64,000 nucleotides of DNA from Candidatus Omnitrophota bacterium (GCA_020632535.1 JACKFJ010000002.1:190331-254330), one strand, 5' to 3'. Positions 27,501 to 29,198 are shown, counted from the first letter of the stretch. The notes: generated from the letters alone by a model not told the origin. Translations and numbers: made by a program.

Positions 27501-29169
27501 ATTTCATCATCGGGCTTAACTTAGCAACTTCCTTACCGGCTTGAGCAACATCCATTGAGGCTTGGCCTAAAAGAGTCGTTCCCAAATCTATTCCAAAACT
27601 GCTCGCCAAATTTGTCGTCCAATTACCAAGCGAATCAAAACTATATTGCAGCATACTCACATCACCAAAACTTAAAACGCCGCTAAAAGCTTCACCCGTC
27701 AATAATTCAGACTGATTTAGAAAAACATCTTTAGTATCAAGCAGTGTCTGCGAAACATCACTAGCGCCGGTAACCCAAAGACTATCCATCGAATCAAGAC
27801 CTTGCGAGGCTACTTCAAGACGCCCCGCATCACCCCATCCCTCATAAGCCGCTTCAGTAGCTAAATTGCCAGTAGCGGAAAATGAATCTGCCAATGAACT
27901 GGCCGCGCCTTCGCCCAATTGAGTAAACCCGATTGACATTGCAATGTTTAAAATAAAAGCCGTGTCAGAACTACATGCTCCTTCAGAAACACAAAGCGCA
28001 GTTAAACTACCAGCAAGATCTGATGCCCCCATGGCAATAACACCCTTCATCAAAGAATTCGCCATAGCCTTTCCTGCCGCATCGCCGACTAACCCAGCAC
28101 CAGCAAAATAAGCACCCACAAAAAGCATTCCGATTTTAAGAACAAAACCAAAAAAGCTATCTCCGTCATCTTCCAAGAAAACCAATCTCTCGCCCGATCG
28201 ATCAACCCATTTATTACCCCAAACGAAAGCTTGCGCACTTTCCGATATTGTTTCAAAAGCAACATTTTGATTTTCAACTTTTGGAGCAAGAACAAAACCA
28301 CTTAAGTCTTTAATAAATTCATCGGCCGGCAAAATCTGTGATTTGCCGATATCCGTAAAGTAAACCTTGCCCTCATCGATCGCGTGAACCGTCACAAAAT
28401 GTTCAGATCCATAATTCGCGATAAAAGGTGTGGTGAGTTTTAAAACATCCGCCGGCTTAACCTTCATCGCCGCAAGTTGCAAACCATACCCCTTAACAAC
28501 TTGATCGATTGCATAAAGCGACGTTTTAAGTTTGGTTTCTCCCGGCCGCACAATGTCATTTAAAAGATCAATCGCCAAAGTCGCAACCGACAACTCTTCA
28601 AGATTGGTCACGATGCCGCGACTTAACAAAAGATCACGTAGTGAATAAACACCGCAATTGAGCGGATGAATGTTGGGATTGCTCAGCCACGCGTCAACCA
28701 AAGCCATTTGTCCTTGACTCACATCAACTTTAGAAATAACCCGAACACCATGTTGACCACTCGAGCCATCTTTGGCTGAAACACCAGAAAGGCTCAATTC
28801 AAGACTTGCGTTTTTCTGATAAGCGACTTTGTTAAGAATGTCATGAATTCCGAGAGCCAAACGAGCAGAAACAATTCTTTCGGCGGCAGAATCTTTTTCA
28901 ACAATTTTTTGTTGCGGATTTGTGTTGCCCCAGAGAACGGAAGGATTGTAATTAAAAGCCCAACTAACTTGATCAGGTATAAAAACTAAAAGCACGATTG
29001 CAGCAACAACACGCAACCATGCTTTGAAACGGCTATGAAATGGCACATACGGCGATCCTTCAGATTGGACATTATCAGTAATAGTAATACTAGTATCTGA
29101 TAATATAAGATCGTCTATGTGGGTTTGTGGGTTCATATTATACTGTATATGGTTTTTTGCTTGCCACAT
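1..29169 (-). CDS. Giant multidomain membrane-anchored protein, at least 9,712 codons in the window. The 3' end (C-terminus) lies beyond the left edge.
   Basis: I translated the minus strand by hand in the frame whose codons start at positions divisible by 3. It gave stop-free, protein-like sequence everywhere sampled: 29136-25620, 22080-21300, 18300-16740, 15120-14940, 13800-11640, 10680-10440, 7860-7380 and 6120-1. Every minus-strand ORF the track reports between 839 and 29136 is in one other frame (start mod 3 = 2) and none is in this frame. That is expected if this frame is a single ORF with no in-window stop. Candidate starts are ATG 29169 (longest ORF) and ATG 29136 (MNPQTHIDDLILSD...). 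Neither has a clear Shine-Dalgarno sequence. Confidence 0.85.
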   Translation of the reverse strand, partial: MWQAKNHIQYNMNPQTHIDDLILSDTSITITDNVQSEGSPYVPFHSRFKAWLRVVAAIVLLVFIPDQVSWAFNYNPSVLWGNTNPQQKIVEKDSAAERIVSARLALGIHDILNKVAYQKNASLELSLSGVSAKDGSSGQHGVRVISKVDVSQGQMALVDAWLSNPNIHPLNCGVYSLRDLLLSRGIVTNLEELSVATLAIDLLNDIVRPGETKLKTSLYAIDQVVKGYGLQLAAMKVKPADVLKLTTPFIANYGSEHFVTVHAIDEGKVYFTDIGKSQILPADEFIKDLSGFVLAPKVENQNVAFETISESAQAFVWGNKWVDRSGERLVFLEDDGDSFFGFVLKIGMLFVGAYFAGAGLVGDAAGKAMANSLMKGVIAMGASDLAGSLTALCVSEGACSSDTAFILNIAMSIGFTQLGEGAASSLADSFSATGNLATEAAYEGWGDAGRLEVASQGLDSMDSLWVTGASDVSQTLLDTKDVFLNQSELLTGEAFSGVLSFGDVSMLQYSFDSLGNWTTNLASSFGIDLGTTLLGQASMDVAQAGKEVAKLSPMMKFLKKMFARESGPLLTWDQAVKKLPSSLGIGLINGYVKVKLAKLLDKQLGANMNPMLKQALIGIATSAAAEYALVGAAEFFGEEAKKTLGLGREGKDIAKQEAESAINLTRMWDIDAGIDVTTDAYKNSSFDIVKKNILDASIYNEGFIADTFSQSIDKLNANVTGRLIGVVGSVVVRELMSKLDKKNFGANTLASQAAGEFGSALAGLLYHNFNGTLGYHPEVNLLKENKDEKGNLTGIFVYIDDLGRTKEVSLMDGSIRFDAADGKFKFAKKIDFKEEFFRLSTQNSFGTAIAMVVDKAEKHLYKDPNKPPSASDIAKVRMGIFLLTAVGVGLAKDSALDSESASLTVDGGMFSGEKAAQKQNYFLDGIQESLVSLGKSIAPNNLFGMLPQGEIGWKEQGQYDASGKAINTYSSSFTPGVVKASAFMDEWSRATGFSLQTTLQRNDIIKTMRAQGASKEDIGLRLAVFDNNYRARANNYWIETFNTNLAGGFLRPDLYNSGGILANVKGALEYMVSSKITDPEDVVFFRDTLGFVYRPVRTMEQDNTTFKMFGHSTSENPMVYDYDARGQGWSDRFKATVDYGSRNGEGEASWRNVQFTKANFSQSDIDYWGIGKSDAQKFGEFLVSKGAELVFTGEESKEFKTLLANTQGKFTSNDEATARAQLASEGKSADQIDTAISFIKAVTISWEGYKSLVEKLPNAPARYYKAYQDAVAALGDGQGLGMLLSIPKKADLLQAVLPVVGGGTMIFNRMFASSIIEGKLNNGFQTDIAFRNIPLLAGFSDGKVDDKDVLTVLKFRFMQDPQFNLQNFSTQLDLPVNNSQAKNFEAGMALVKAGADASVAFKNMGASDDLVNLVGALAPLNQVMAVGQLANSQNATLFNTEGIRDFVYRMTATLAPSAAAAIGIAPADRIALFSGGAQPFLNSQSFMMGYDRTSDGRGFANANLIIRDSKINQFGTNVEQTISTDKNLKQTLFAGKDGNVFNMAGMVLRQRVLLAGGATILDGTGGVFGYGKYLDDPNVAAKGFAKKMYAGAVDFSKDRSQKENSDITSLLSNINNIDTFFSASTPGDISKGKISIAGFGKDLKNSLNSEASTMNITLGEDGSLVNYSFKGYLQSASADVVNRFNLNPVAQVFYDRQKSAEGAKAMWTPTVFAGLGMPSQDLLLVNPNTGLLDISMPGTQVPMTEQGAVLNHGVLFANGTPGLVPSSQAIVATLKSKENFVENIPGQVGVSGTSNASIVIGAAKSTTKESVRDLEARLIIPGTIMREGAIVMSDKGTLIMPLDGGKGVVYDAIVSTDKSSIDHNGANVVSFNDVSYAIALSNDKIVKGFDGKVTGGAILGAAQIKWNKGAGAYAALAELKTGPQDQQRLLLAQGIDVNQLISGTYYAGQAAIKDGQITFTPQEKQSIPVLSLTNKGSLQGYTDQKVWDLLFAFAKAKNPAEHEAVLNTLSAALGKSSSSNEKPATTSTDKITLVGTDMPFFNLAQGKLSVALNIDSGTLSPMLDQAFSENRVIFNKAPVQLVLPAPEGGAMLLMANSSRSGDMTLNKTSKDGRTVIDFMPVNKGEGGLTAFGLLGKGGTHEGKVDAQLFLTAFAKEDGSGSMGIKGGSLVALTGQNKDFEAGQDSYVRTGAKGTSLENMQNLKIGALNVEKGGKIAFLGTEGLLYNPQSQEALGLKDKKADKKSKDGEKVTGTTVNRALWNIAEDTFAVGEDVNQALRTRSPKGMKYSASQLAIYADFNSLFAVNLQAPGSIYFAEGRQIRNAAKTDPLTFSMELKGKEGTFVKQRVNFTDVINQNRLAAIGFSANGSCLFGNIDGNFRSKGNFSDNKNGLKRNFHNMDIAGRAFADSYGALQYRMVKADGNVSVEGDMYASSSGVLADGREMNQTHKMYAGLPGRSGKVFVKHLDDAGLYLLLDKNGAVVKDRNGKPVYEHREDANMDAKDLRLVNRLSNKMNYTIDGITDLYGQATRYYSVNGKVMSLDSNDLDARDRRLMPTIDRKDIFVLNGELVDGRTLTDDQKKSAKSLDADNTYLVGKTVVSGTENLDARDLRHAKALKINPSEGAERPYIGQALLVSGAGWMDSLMPSSGGVGGGEKAVVRTDSGVETSFTQYGHLANLTIAKNMPLVFGEFKTIAGGTTLVQNGLTIFNAKMDASGRVVAGTDTAVPVGAKIDYVNVLRQGGKVGEYKYDEVHQNFVSTLKFDSNYGLGGYATDLKAIDAYKFTSAGTKEQGFVGRDLNGQAIFLSQANPTHEAICPTCKTPNGVTAFVTLKLIGTDYSNFKIERLSPFAVDSKGSAVAGGFYADSQNAGGLVFLPAGQSAKETYSAKGADGKAVTRTVKYTATEKGISSPELLQINGVDIKEYAAKQVVKSGTTLKSGEQVISQRLDGIAQGKAFYTVTIGNKQQEVSVGVDLVEHSMAGSDKAKVETIAFKKPTMTIATQFGEVEVELKAAGGTLEQTNKVVVTQALKNAVIKELTAKGNKTEEIDLTNLNATLDDRGIIFAGVAIKKVVDTAVGEWQKTAGGAAVGIAPKSAASAPFVISQEYNQLVFDGKTMREKEDTYAIADLGRGLVGAGYQLLADARKLNANYNFDPEYRATVDGYQKAGDAMIAEAIYNSPRLVGSLDLMGNNLGNLSQTITGHFVANLASGILPDSWANTAYDWGNEGFKNYSGNRLGQVSATEFMTDVYMSAALVIPGVAPSLFKFGAPSTSGLLRSSAIWGGVAGGGDWAIQYFNHPNDINWTEVAVVTGGALFGYAALRGASQAIQVKVLGNLQVAKAIVPSEGVAANIAKGAVGGFDGAEGALMANAAMKALDFSFPTTRAIFAGNVAKIESISGISNFGFVKHVVLPAALDGVLVDGVGTAYLITAAQHAADPTKFQTNGVLDFGTVGTNFTSNFVSVGLPVGVFSMSARVLSSPLAAQAFEKSGIGVRAYNFAVLKEWNIFKHEGHAALVAKVASTRSAAKADLLAARLAGTGTGSPLPVLSVSREIAVDSVKAYKLAQANLLKAETSLYSSALGFSRVAQPFAGGLGYTAFGNVIENTFQVANSKDHKTFSFGDNMISTRVLGNFALGAGFASIPMLTGSLAARGWRVNPGAAGAVGGAVIFPTSKYIEGKFSGDTYTTDDYIRFVLLGAASGGVLAKAAQGGLRRGQDSVFINRIFMGKDAAALQVNKYGLVNASLFGGGTNLIAGLANEIYVSKDYSLNSDSLKKIGINVAIGSAGASAILVSGRALAWAPDKSSGLAKAIGTIEETGRVRSVAEVLTTPFVNTTPLKKVGNYAVRWAGYPVAGAFIGGAIGGVNDKLAGNNFWGQGMAVGAGQGAYVGGIFALMTTAVPLNKYGADISKAITKVYDNPALMTMTRGGVTTEALRKDADLLKYSVFEGAKKWAAVAVSFEAANSVIESGINKLKGEDSTLKVKMRVWDPVKGAFYTEEDAQKAGVQPVREYALLSREGLMTLAFSGMAAPQSGYFMHSGIGFGMKQPGIVNEMKGRVSSVDMAMAQSGLATKAIAGVYNMINPAKTSEFMYGIRKFQTTQLGRNVAFWDGTFYMAGATAAIHKGAGLAGFDENGAVAQALGWIGFVGLPSKKFNDTGLVMNKVNNMAFTNTVAQRYNIKLSAAELGNRDKVGLITKEVSAELQKGGLTDAQAKKLETEKTILDMFASTLGVTDRVRSAEFMSQDLATTISVQNSAYQAAGGEINQVRGDFLRFTDLFTQLSKTQDVAGRNRVINEFIKTNYAGANAISPEHQRKFEEDAKKVLGFGEKETGPTRTALAEGDVKTHVENLAKVETQLDSQIALSVKKFQDAVGDGSFKDTIDVFATAQGPRTQSDFAQRLAQFEHTVAKSIGTRAGVKDLSGADLALVGDMAINRANWFKSAEIGKNETAAKVDAARTSNSSFVTEVENIVKSAGSSTDAQIQISKLIEFNANFVGPVRPGTLRTSEGLLATAQEVVKSKMYDVALNNGKAEKPAALSALPEFSNLSKTFLALAQMKDKVTTVSQIAEKQENLEAADKFIDVLQGVMKDPTLARTYFAHPYSRNATTYEEVVGAYSGTRKSLFENNGIDGMAWSASQRKVQENTSTLKDRENVLVGGVNTLNSKIATLESQISSVTKEIERRQSRVRMGNSIQRAQSIAALQSKKAELTDLISQQSKLSGELSSLSGELEVVTAKLNLSQGLQDRMAKATTLAEQDKFFGKEAVTAEAARNLNILVSILKQSDTARSSEELTGDFGARHSKVKVAVKAMEAELKSLRAEEKVLQAQADSKSADASEYQALAQQVREQIKFLEVALSGSLGSREGAQSFEKRMASAKTAEEQNDFLMERTLTPEQKQHQEEFRAIVKEVNDLSGDRLLSGLDTELALRMAEAKRNSLQADISLLVASNQGRRYESSPLTEAQAHEFILTGRLRETAQYMQLSRQAVQAQATVRKPEVSLWDITNYTAWRETPDGIVSTVRSVPAIYREAKTRYENNRSSREIAQIAALEHRLFDNLVKQLPSETIAKFKDMSVERNAQGEWSIATTSQDQKTLEYTSQLNDLVKNAVQNKGFNQASQDTYIGLTNALKQLKSPGELVYFGTDAKKTSFVAPIMAVMAVSMGRDGVRNLKGATLVAPGSSQIGQTLEGVMSVSETGWVPNENGKGKKLAKGHEGNGYTTYTITRAGQKDIQVLVLDSSNTNKYNASEVAGEIKKSDIIITARQAYEAILLSAQTEHEGAIGSSGKSGYTELANALGRDRIGIFDEAHQYPNEPGMIFGDLAKKIEDVKRVEGVKTVFRFLFDEAGAKGISQYMKELQNNPEFLNSSERNQEAKFNPKNFVDGQFREWKARTTLKDKSRANEVEITSEEQSMLNGVADALTMTRGGLQKGYDIMRTVVDTAVQDPKHPDYNREMELVVPTVEGKGVANMRWSAWHIAVARQIVPRLLTPEAFKSSAPVRSVNDVMNLVDSAVRISPSSVRMSALQVVSNTSYRVLLTGTPLMAAAFAQLHGVKMPAESTVDLQNALIDRNALSYVQNISRVNAAGAGHEVVSSHVAGARLKHDLLVGYGSEKYELGQVLRGMVDQISTNGKLNNDVVIMVGDKAEVYKAGEATVEQVLARRPSEEITSGLARNYFQTNVEKSLMILDKANLEGFDTSIKPIDSASSAKLTKIKNDTTLSVEQKAQQSKDVRDASDMMQYVAIFDKANEALHATHFEQVMARARGVFGEGEYFYPLGSAGQVNGKPVKLANNRSIVFLDKDAAKATVLEAGDREVLRDRLQANETQAGLDARHSALRDVLQENGANYFRNMLEIARKNKSGDEGVILEMLKKYQSDVNVDDSKYLSEEGVSLSLLNAQVKRIEGLVKKAIGPLYDRIEDSQVRQYADSAMKITSQIKPFETGTSDGKVGGTEATNLLPKLTLHEATQEIARMFTATELASRVTDGSNGRVEQYYESAPTVAAKAGNLQLAARLRTDLRARHDFAEFMAGYGLTSEGGKALANIIQITQNPIPQSATTGAFNGIKNTWNSTSYVLENGSFSDAMSASKQYFPGSSSANNTQKQVMEVLQELAQDQALWNDRPSVTNYLGSRNIVMPEVKAGQKAVDQSPVMNSWFDDIAKRIDAKIGANHKTMVEQKVKEEDVKKAVYQYFGLTPEQIQHFQGVYSFLQGSALYKRTAVEPVMPQHIMGVLSAFQNDLPRGILVLTQQVATDDQYRQSLARVTSRLEGNLAGGSEGALRQAVQEANIEAIAQGLVTLAKQGRSKDTDEKAKATKRLAQIKDQISVRYGVRSANTTALHAEIDEIYAAVQGDESLKATDVVQLMQQKIAGPSLYKEFSINTESTKAEEARIITDRLQSISNADFNAVTEAIKTQLQSPIPTIPATIAPSMQWIYNFVLTDAIDIKSDQGNALTPQREQEARLARLQQVQIIRGERKNENQEFSYDHFKATAPALNQYIVKQAGGLIEDLAQGLTVSARVSPSQKPVEQPIRLVSLDDTRRLLQLGGGSAEHTSRVLNATASVLGEELAMAMPLNYYSDRDKMLVYLNAARDRIGEDNNLSLKDEQRFDKALTIAGRKPSLEKPSAYFQRKLLSTMPAGQGRDYLTYLLTGDTFEYQTDSDARVARLRQSSPYALRNVIPVVRSRFVDSKTVTDMKAHASLVKGWGSLTAIIEKHDASLVSLKPIARSAVVSLMANALTKALNDVTDEPYLDSRNFVRVQSAFDQKLKDAGISDEARRELSSTIFGLNGQELELAKANLDVMRFNKALSHAKVAESDLPSVSVYEVVSPNYTDRQPELFSVDSPYLVNLTVAKVKEMAVASGISEEQAFVKILGTPELLKASTDQYVSALRTSLIDKLGKELKQATEGKSAEEVAIINNEFENKVAQLEENLAKLQPAQATYVAQAQKLVATTSGQEQAKEVYRNVASALTNLDNDGHIAELIKLAYTNADMSKEQEQAVTLVSTVLNNQLVSNNAWVYTDAGTMYRHGEALAEAQQISKDGPFIVKVNPRAVNRYSGRLDATLLHHDRGHEVAGHLTLDAISKMNPEQARPYLEAFAQFINDDGQFFADLSDLQMAELNVQKDDALSEVQKLQSQITALRAEKVVDFEAVKNLRDQITAQHNKVLGSVLRFGDNKTANEFFATYVGLKFWLHNSGLVQGHQKVANAEVFESLSMNDMLPVRSLFGRSDFAFINELASMPYSRFRDILSQRRPDIAIQSDKHQETIAQSTGKEIVRDAVGNVVEIKPRTTTAREQQQIAGGGPDDLLKAASQIPPSSSAVVVAGGKDPELVAGGPDKANSILRLASRPVAVGGPKKVVGSAVLESNSPAKPSNASGAQKVTKKAGSFNAPKPTAKPGAESGEVTFEGGARKLASKAVEADKEGKGKGRPGDGDFHPWANHYTSQAGTAPAKVDTSFSSLNILALNTSGNFAKGMNVSSVAATAVYGMAGSSYNSQAQASSSSSSLNSLTSSANAVLQNSGVSNLNNGGFADSVNSVSSSAATQAIVSNNIGSQPVLNGGLVAPVGGTNDGSINEVYAGSGMASNTMTQNINGNNSTSLPSATANLNATSPTRTFVNNTTPLNFGMPANANLATPSAAKDFSSHVLGFSNLLPPMAPQIILPISFNGLKSPAVGVLPNIEKSTSALASTSPVGSMIQASSQIVERGPVDATFASEENLEGILKISQVRDLLNGDAQFIKNIIDQSFGRPVFVRLDNVAPENNDDLVSLVKELGEENSVYIFNPQFDGLQKVTQEGALQDVAIAEAGSGLVLVDSNFKPWSASVAVRQFAANSVLDPRIILFNVDRDKVFEVVNLTVKDVLNVDQELIGLSSQDREEAAKRFGQIKGEKYVLRATPQTAQAYAGKIIQTADNKFVLMLNADGTIPTVKSTNNILSGVSSEESENVIQSLGILLAGAVAVEIEKQTDQALPIIKVPASLALVTQTVKWAELLTESNTRLAAELTAQSTTKLAAVQAPVKVKAPTSLAERVANAFLKKPAAAISKPAVVQTPVIAKPATVAVVSTSQARKISSTVGSVFVASSSVAEGQELVNFYLEKAEKKFADKATGVIPLITVTAASALVYDSATLKKAVQFAGNNSVYIVEAGKIYTVDAQGNISQSGTAEDVLKGGLVLVALEDQNAKVRFLDAADAAKRKVALSPEDILKNAIALSVNASGAPVAAPIVAPSVPAIVPTMPTLTPALPLSVSSPLVANGIMDREQGIAQLVKTLPNDQNLWLAVLDVDKIGVLNTLAGGLTGNGKEKVNVKLGVMLSAIAEIAKSYGGYAFRLYTGDEVAVVLPSSFSTQEEVANILGEMKSRIDPLDVYFSAGVVKANDAGVNEGNDVHQWFGAMLVAANQRLQFAKDNGGDAVSFEAAEIVHTHDKGIETSKPGVEIALKDSLAQRLANGPRVLSEAYAGQSIYSDQIESEYGVLKQEAFHGLIANALTAGKEFIIVKVSPQFSPDGRIADFLATKTSAERSDLTVLFDEHVRFKAINSVFGYKGGDQAILSIVDSIEKSLQQLSIPNVIQARAPPEEGLVAIPINGYNPDQVLQLFGEFADAIEANFKTVNDLNPRILISIVDTRDFAHTSEGDLAPFHALELLKLTQHAPLGLTTTGGNFVKLYTSDRYDVIFAEAQSFEATKQQLAQEIYAKYKVGINEKRGSTKGSSAVESVGSVFVASSSALSPEEARDYYTDKAEKALVKLPSSLIILSGPEAVLTSLDSIEKFVEFSKKGIFVALVSGGFISSLGKDITYTPDQIKQGLVIVVDQAATTVRYRDADKKKDISRAEQIKEFIALSAKPAVEGNANVGTIEVPTLTPILTPAIPVPAPLAPPTMQLPPTFFISLAVTNPGIPFDSGEHSEDKNSQKAIPISAPNLPGPTSSNLPPDPNTGNGNTGGNTGPKAPTAIVLASAKVFHSAADLYASSYAKPDNQNTVLNRNAGADKQGTTRFASTGLSPTPLTASSLSSKASEAVETERTRNTVVEVNASRIVKSSKVTKETEVRNSSIRSVSRNIGFGAFAAILVPGLFGEVAKVVVNIAKSGIESIRKVVETNSSSSLNVVLGVLPEASRGASSVTAGTKVEASGLFQNVLDLIREYAVKVSVVLKVASQSVVHTVNVVRSRSRSIRSDVVAALAVKMADQSSKGNKVSSNSKDDANYVVVKGSRSVRTNDNTIQVVKVLEVRAGLTLLKKLALILVVLGRAIRSEYNAVIDVLAGTFDVSYVSEGELVRLSAVRAASAINTSNNILGRSIKASSAVLGLWVSSREGKTAGAIRVSSIIIKASSSPVREQKKRNNTTNVENSFSGNKSLYKSLLDLGFLVKNIAAQAYFFATGFVTVIVSKLIANHLARSELNSSNSLVASATPSQAKSAVTSVITLNSKVNTRTLNSLANVAKAVWGIFVGKSNNVNNHLQTGGLQWLHLIPVSSKQEKRMTTSNSSILSMFHVVIVSLAQPKSAQVVNRFSSLSLTTKGRFIAATALVGRGLSFATRMNTQAYASFSLKQLQTKAFRATQQRQSYNLAKLAKVGPIGVGIVALTVSTPAMAVAATIDVVAISTLGLVAVLVAAVGLVVVAALSAHVKHAFVTTEKRRTMFVNILREGLRPSVGAAMVVFGIFNLPVAASIVPLSIFAAAGVSAVLPYIFPAIVILAGVGLILKAVAGALAKTAIAGFITNVKMLSKLSVPQILGLWVIFGRAYV
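527..838 (-). CDS. Hypothetical 103-aa protein, embedded out of frame in the open giant reading frame
   Basis: The track ORF reads MVTLNTRIVETGKTYDNIEFKYLIDVPRCDCVFGSAKERASGK.... A canonical SD precedes it (ACAGGAGGTCTACA-ATG). Third-codon positions are T/C-rich like the verified genes here, whereas the giant frame becomes A/G-rich at third positions across this stretch. It is the only minus-strand track ORF in this frame (start mod 3 = 1) within the 29 kb. Confidence 0.5.
   Translation of the reverse strand: MVTLNTRIVETGKTYDNIEFKYLIDVPRCDCVFGSAKERASGKSLLFLVFNHKGKIYRRNGLSGTWVELRNENEYSSVRELLLKAITDKGVPCYTTASKLQLS
2698..3075 (-). repeat. Internal duplicated protein module, copy 1 (~126 aa), followed by a Pro-rich linker
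   Basis: The module reads VGSVFVASSSALSPEEARDYYTDKAEKALVKLPSSLIILSGPEAVLTSLDSIEKFVEFSKKGIFVALVSGGFISSLGKDITYTPDQIKQGLVIVVDQAATTVRYRDADKKKDISRAEQIKEFIALS. It is followed by TPILTPAIPVPAPLAPPTMQLPP (about 2569-2640). It aligns with the copy at 4579-4992. Confidence 0.65.
3385..3650 (-). other. Degenerate GGDEF-like domain 2 of the giant protein
   Basis: LTVLFDEHVRFKAINSVFGYKGGDQAILSIVDSIEKSL matches the FKxiNDxxGHxxGDxxL half of GGDEF. ...ARAPPEEGLVAIPINGYNPDQVLQLFGEFADAI has PPEEG in the position of GGDEF, so the domain is probably inactive. Confidence 0.4.
4100..4390 (-). other. Degenerate GGDEF-like (nucleotidyl cyclase fold) domain 1 of the giant protein
   Basis: The translation reads NLWLAVLDVDKIGVLNTLAGG...VNVKLGVMLSAIAEIAKSYGGYAFRLYTGDEVAVVLPSSFSTQEEVANILGEMKSRI. 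This parallels the GGDEF layout (xxLDiDhFKxiND ... aRyGGDEFxvllp ... a-helix). TGDEV (4210-4224) sits in place of GGDEF. Confidence 0.45.
4579..4992 (-). repeat. Internal duplicated protein module, copy 2 (~138 aa), followed by a Pro-rich linker
   Basis: The module reads VGSVFVASSSVAEGQELVNFYLEKAEKKFADKATGVIPLITVTAASALVYDSATLKKAVQFAGNNSVYIVEAGKIYTVDAQGNISQSGTAEDVLKGGLVLVALEDQNAKVRFLDAADAAKRKVALSPEDILKNAIALS. It is followed by PVAAPIVAPSVPAIVPTMPTLTPALP (about 4465-4560). Confidence 0.65.
12540..13800 (-). other. SNF2/DEAH-box helicase-like motif set inside the giant protein
   Basis: A Walker-A-like FGTDAKKTSF lies at 13747-13767. Motif II, IGIFDEAHQY, has DEAH at 13267-13278. An SNF2 motif-III-like SYRVLLTGTPL lies at 12568-12588. 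The spacing between motifs II and III is about 230 aa, far longer than in canonical SNF2. The P-loop is non-canonical (K in place of the second G). Confidence 0.4.
14340..15250 (-). other. Coiled-coil-like segment of the giant protein
   Basis: Sampled translation is rich in Q, E, K, L and S with a heptad-like character: MAEAKRNSLQADISLLVASN, IQRAQSIAALQSKKAELTDLISQQSKLSGELSSLSGELEVVTAKLNLSQGLQDRMA. Confidence 0.4.
16740..19900 (-). other. Gly/Ala-rich hydrophobic block of the giant protein, with possible membrane-embedded or glycine-zipper segments
   Basis: Sampled translation includes GNFALGAGFASIPMLTGSLAARGW, NPGAAGAVGGAVIF, WAGYPVAGAFIGGAIGGVND, GQGMAVGAGQGAYVGGIFALMTTAV and EVAVVTGGALFGYAALRG. 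Small-xxx-small motifs recur in hydrophobic runs. Confidence 0.4.
28282..28719 (-). other. Peptidase C39-like (papain-fold cysteine peptidase) domain of the giant protein
   Basis: The translation reads ...NIHPLNCGVYSLRDLLLSRG...TTPFIANYGSEHFVTVHAIDEGKVYFTDIGK...FIKDLSGFVLA. The NCG (Cys161) and EHFVTV (His246) spacing and context match the C39 / C39-like catalytic Cys and His motifs. Confidence 0.55.
28972..29025 (-). other. N-terminal transmembrane or signal-anchor segment of the giant protein
   Basis: Residues ~38-55 counted from ATG 29136 read KAWLRVVAAIVLLVFIPD. This is a hydrophobic stretch of about 18 aa preceded by basic residues. Confidence 0.6.
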
Positions 29170-29183
29170 AATGTCCAATCTGA
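29060..29183 (-). promoter_or_regulatory. Perfect 16-bp inverted repeat pair enclosing the start codons of the giant gene
   Basis: TCAGATTGGACATTAT lies at 29060-29075 and ATAATGTCCAATCTGA at 29168-29183, with a 92-nt spacer. The spacer contains ATG 29136. ATG 29169 overlaps the upstream arm. The pair could be an mRNA stem or a pair of protein operator sites. Confidence 0.55.
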
Positions 29184-29198
29184 TATTGAGCGTGGCAA
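29168..29198 (-). promoter_or_regulatory. Weak candidate sigma70-like promoter overlapped by the motif
   Basis: On the minus strand, TTGCCA (29198-29193) is followed by a 19-nt spacer and CATTAT (29173-29168). The spacer is at the long limit and the -10 hexamer matches 4/6. Confidence 0.2.

Noticed and set aside
2280-28301. Minus-strand ORFs of 62-121 aa inside the giant gene (for example 24336-24701, 9885-10097, 28089-28301)
   Set aside because: All are in the same +1-shifted frame relative to the giant ORF. Their translations are Leu/Arg/Ile/Met-rich and implausible. They are typical off-frame open stretches.
1-29136. An alternative genetic code (UGA recoding, codes 4 or 25) as the explanation for the missing long ORFs in the left 29 kb
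   Set aside because: All flanking genes (gyrA/B, dnaA, the tad genes) translate cleanly in the standard code. The giant frame is stop-free in the standard code wherever I translated it. The ORF is missing from the track because it has no in-window stop, not because of recoding.
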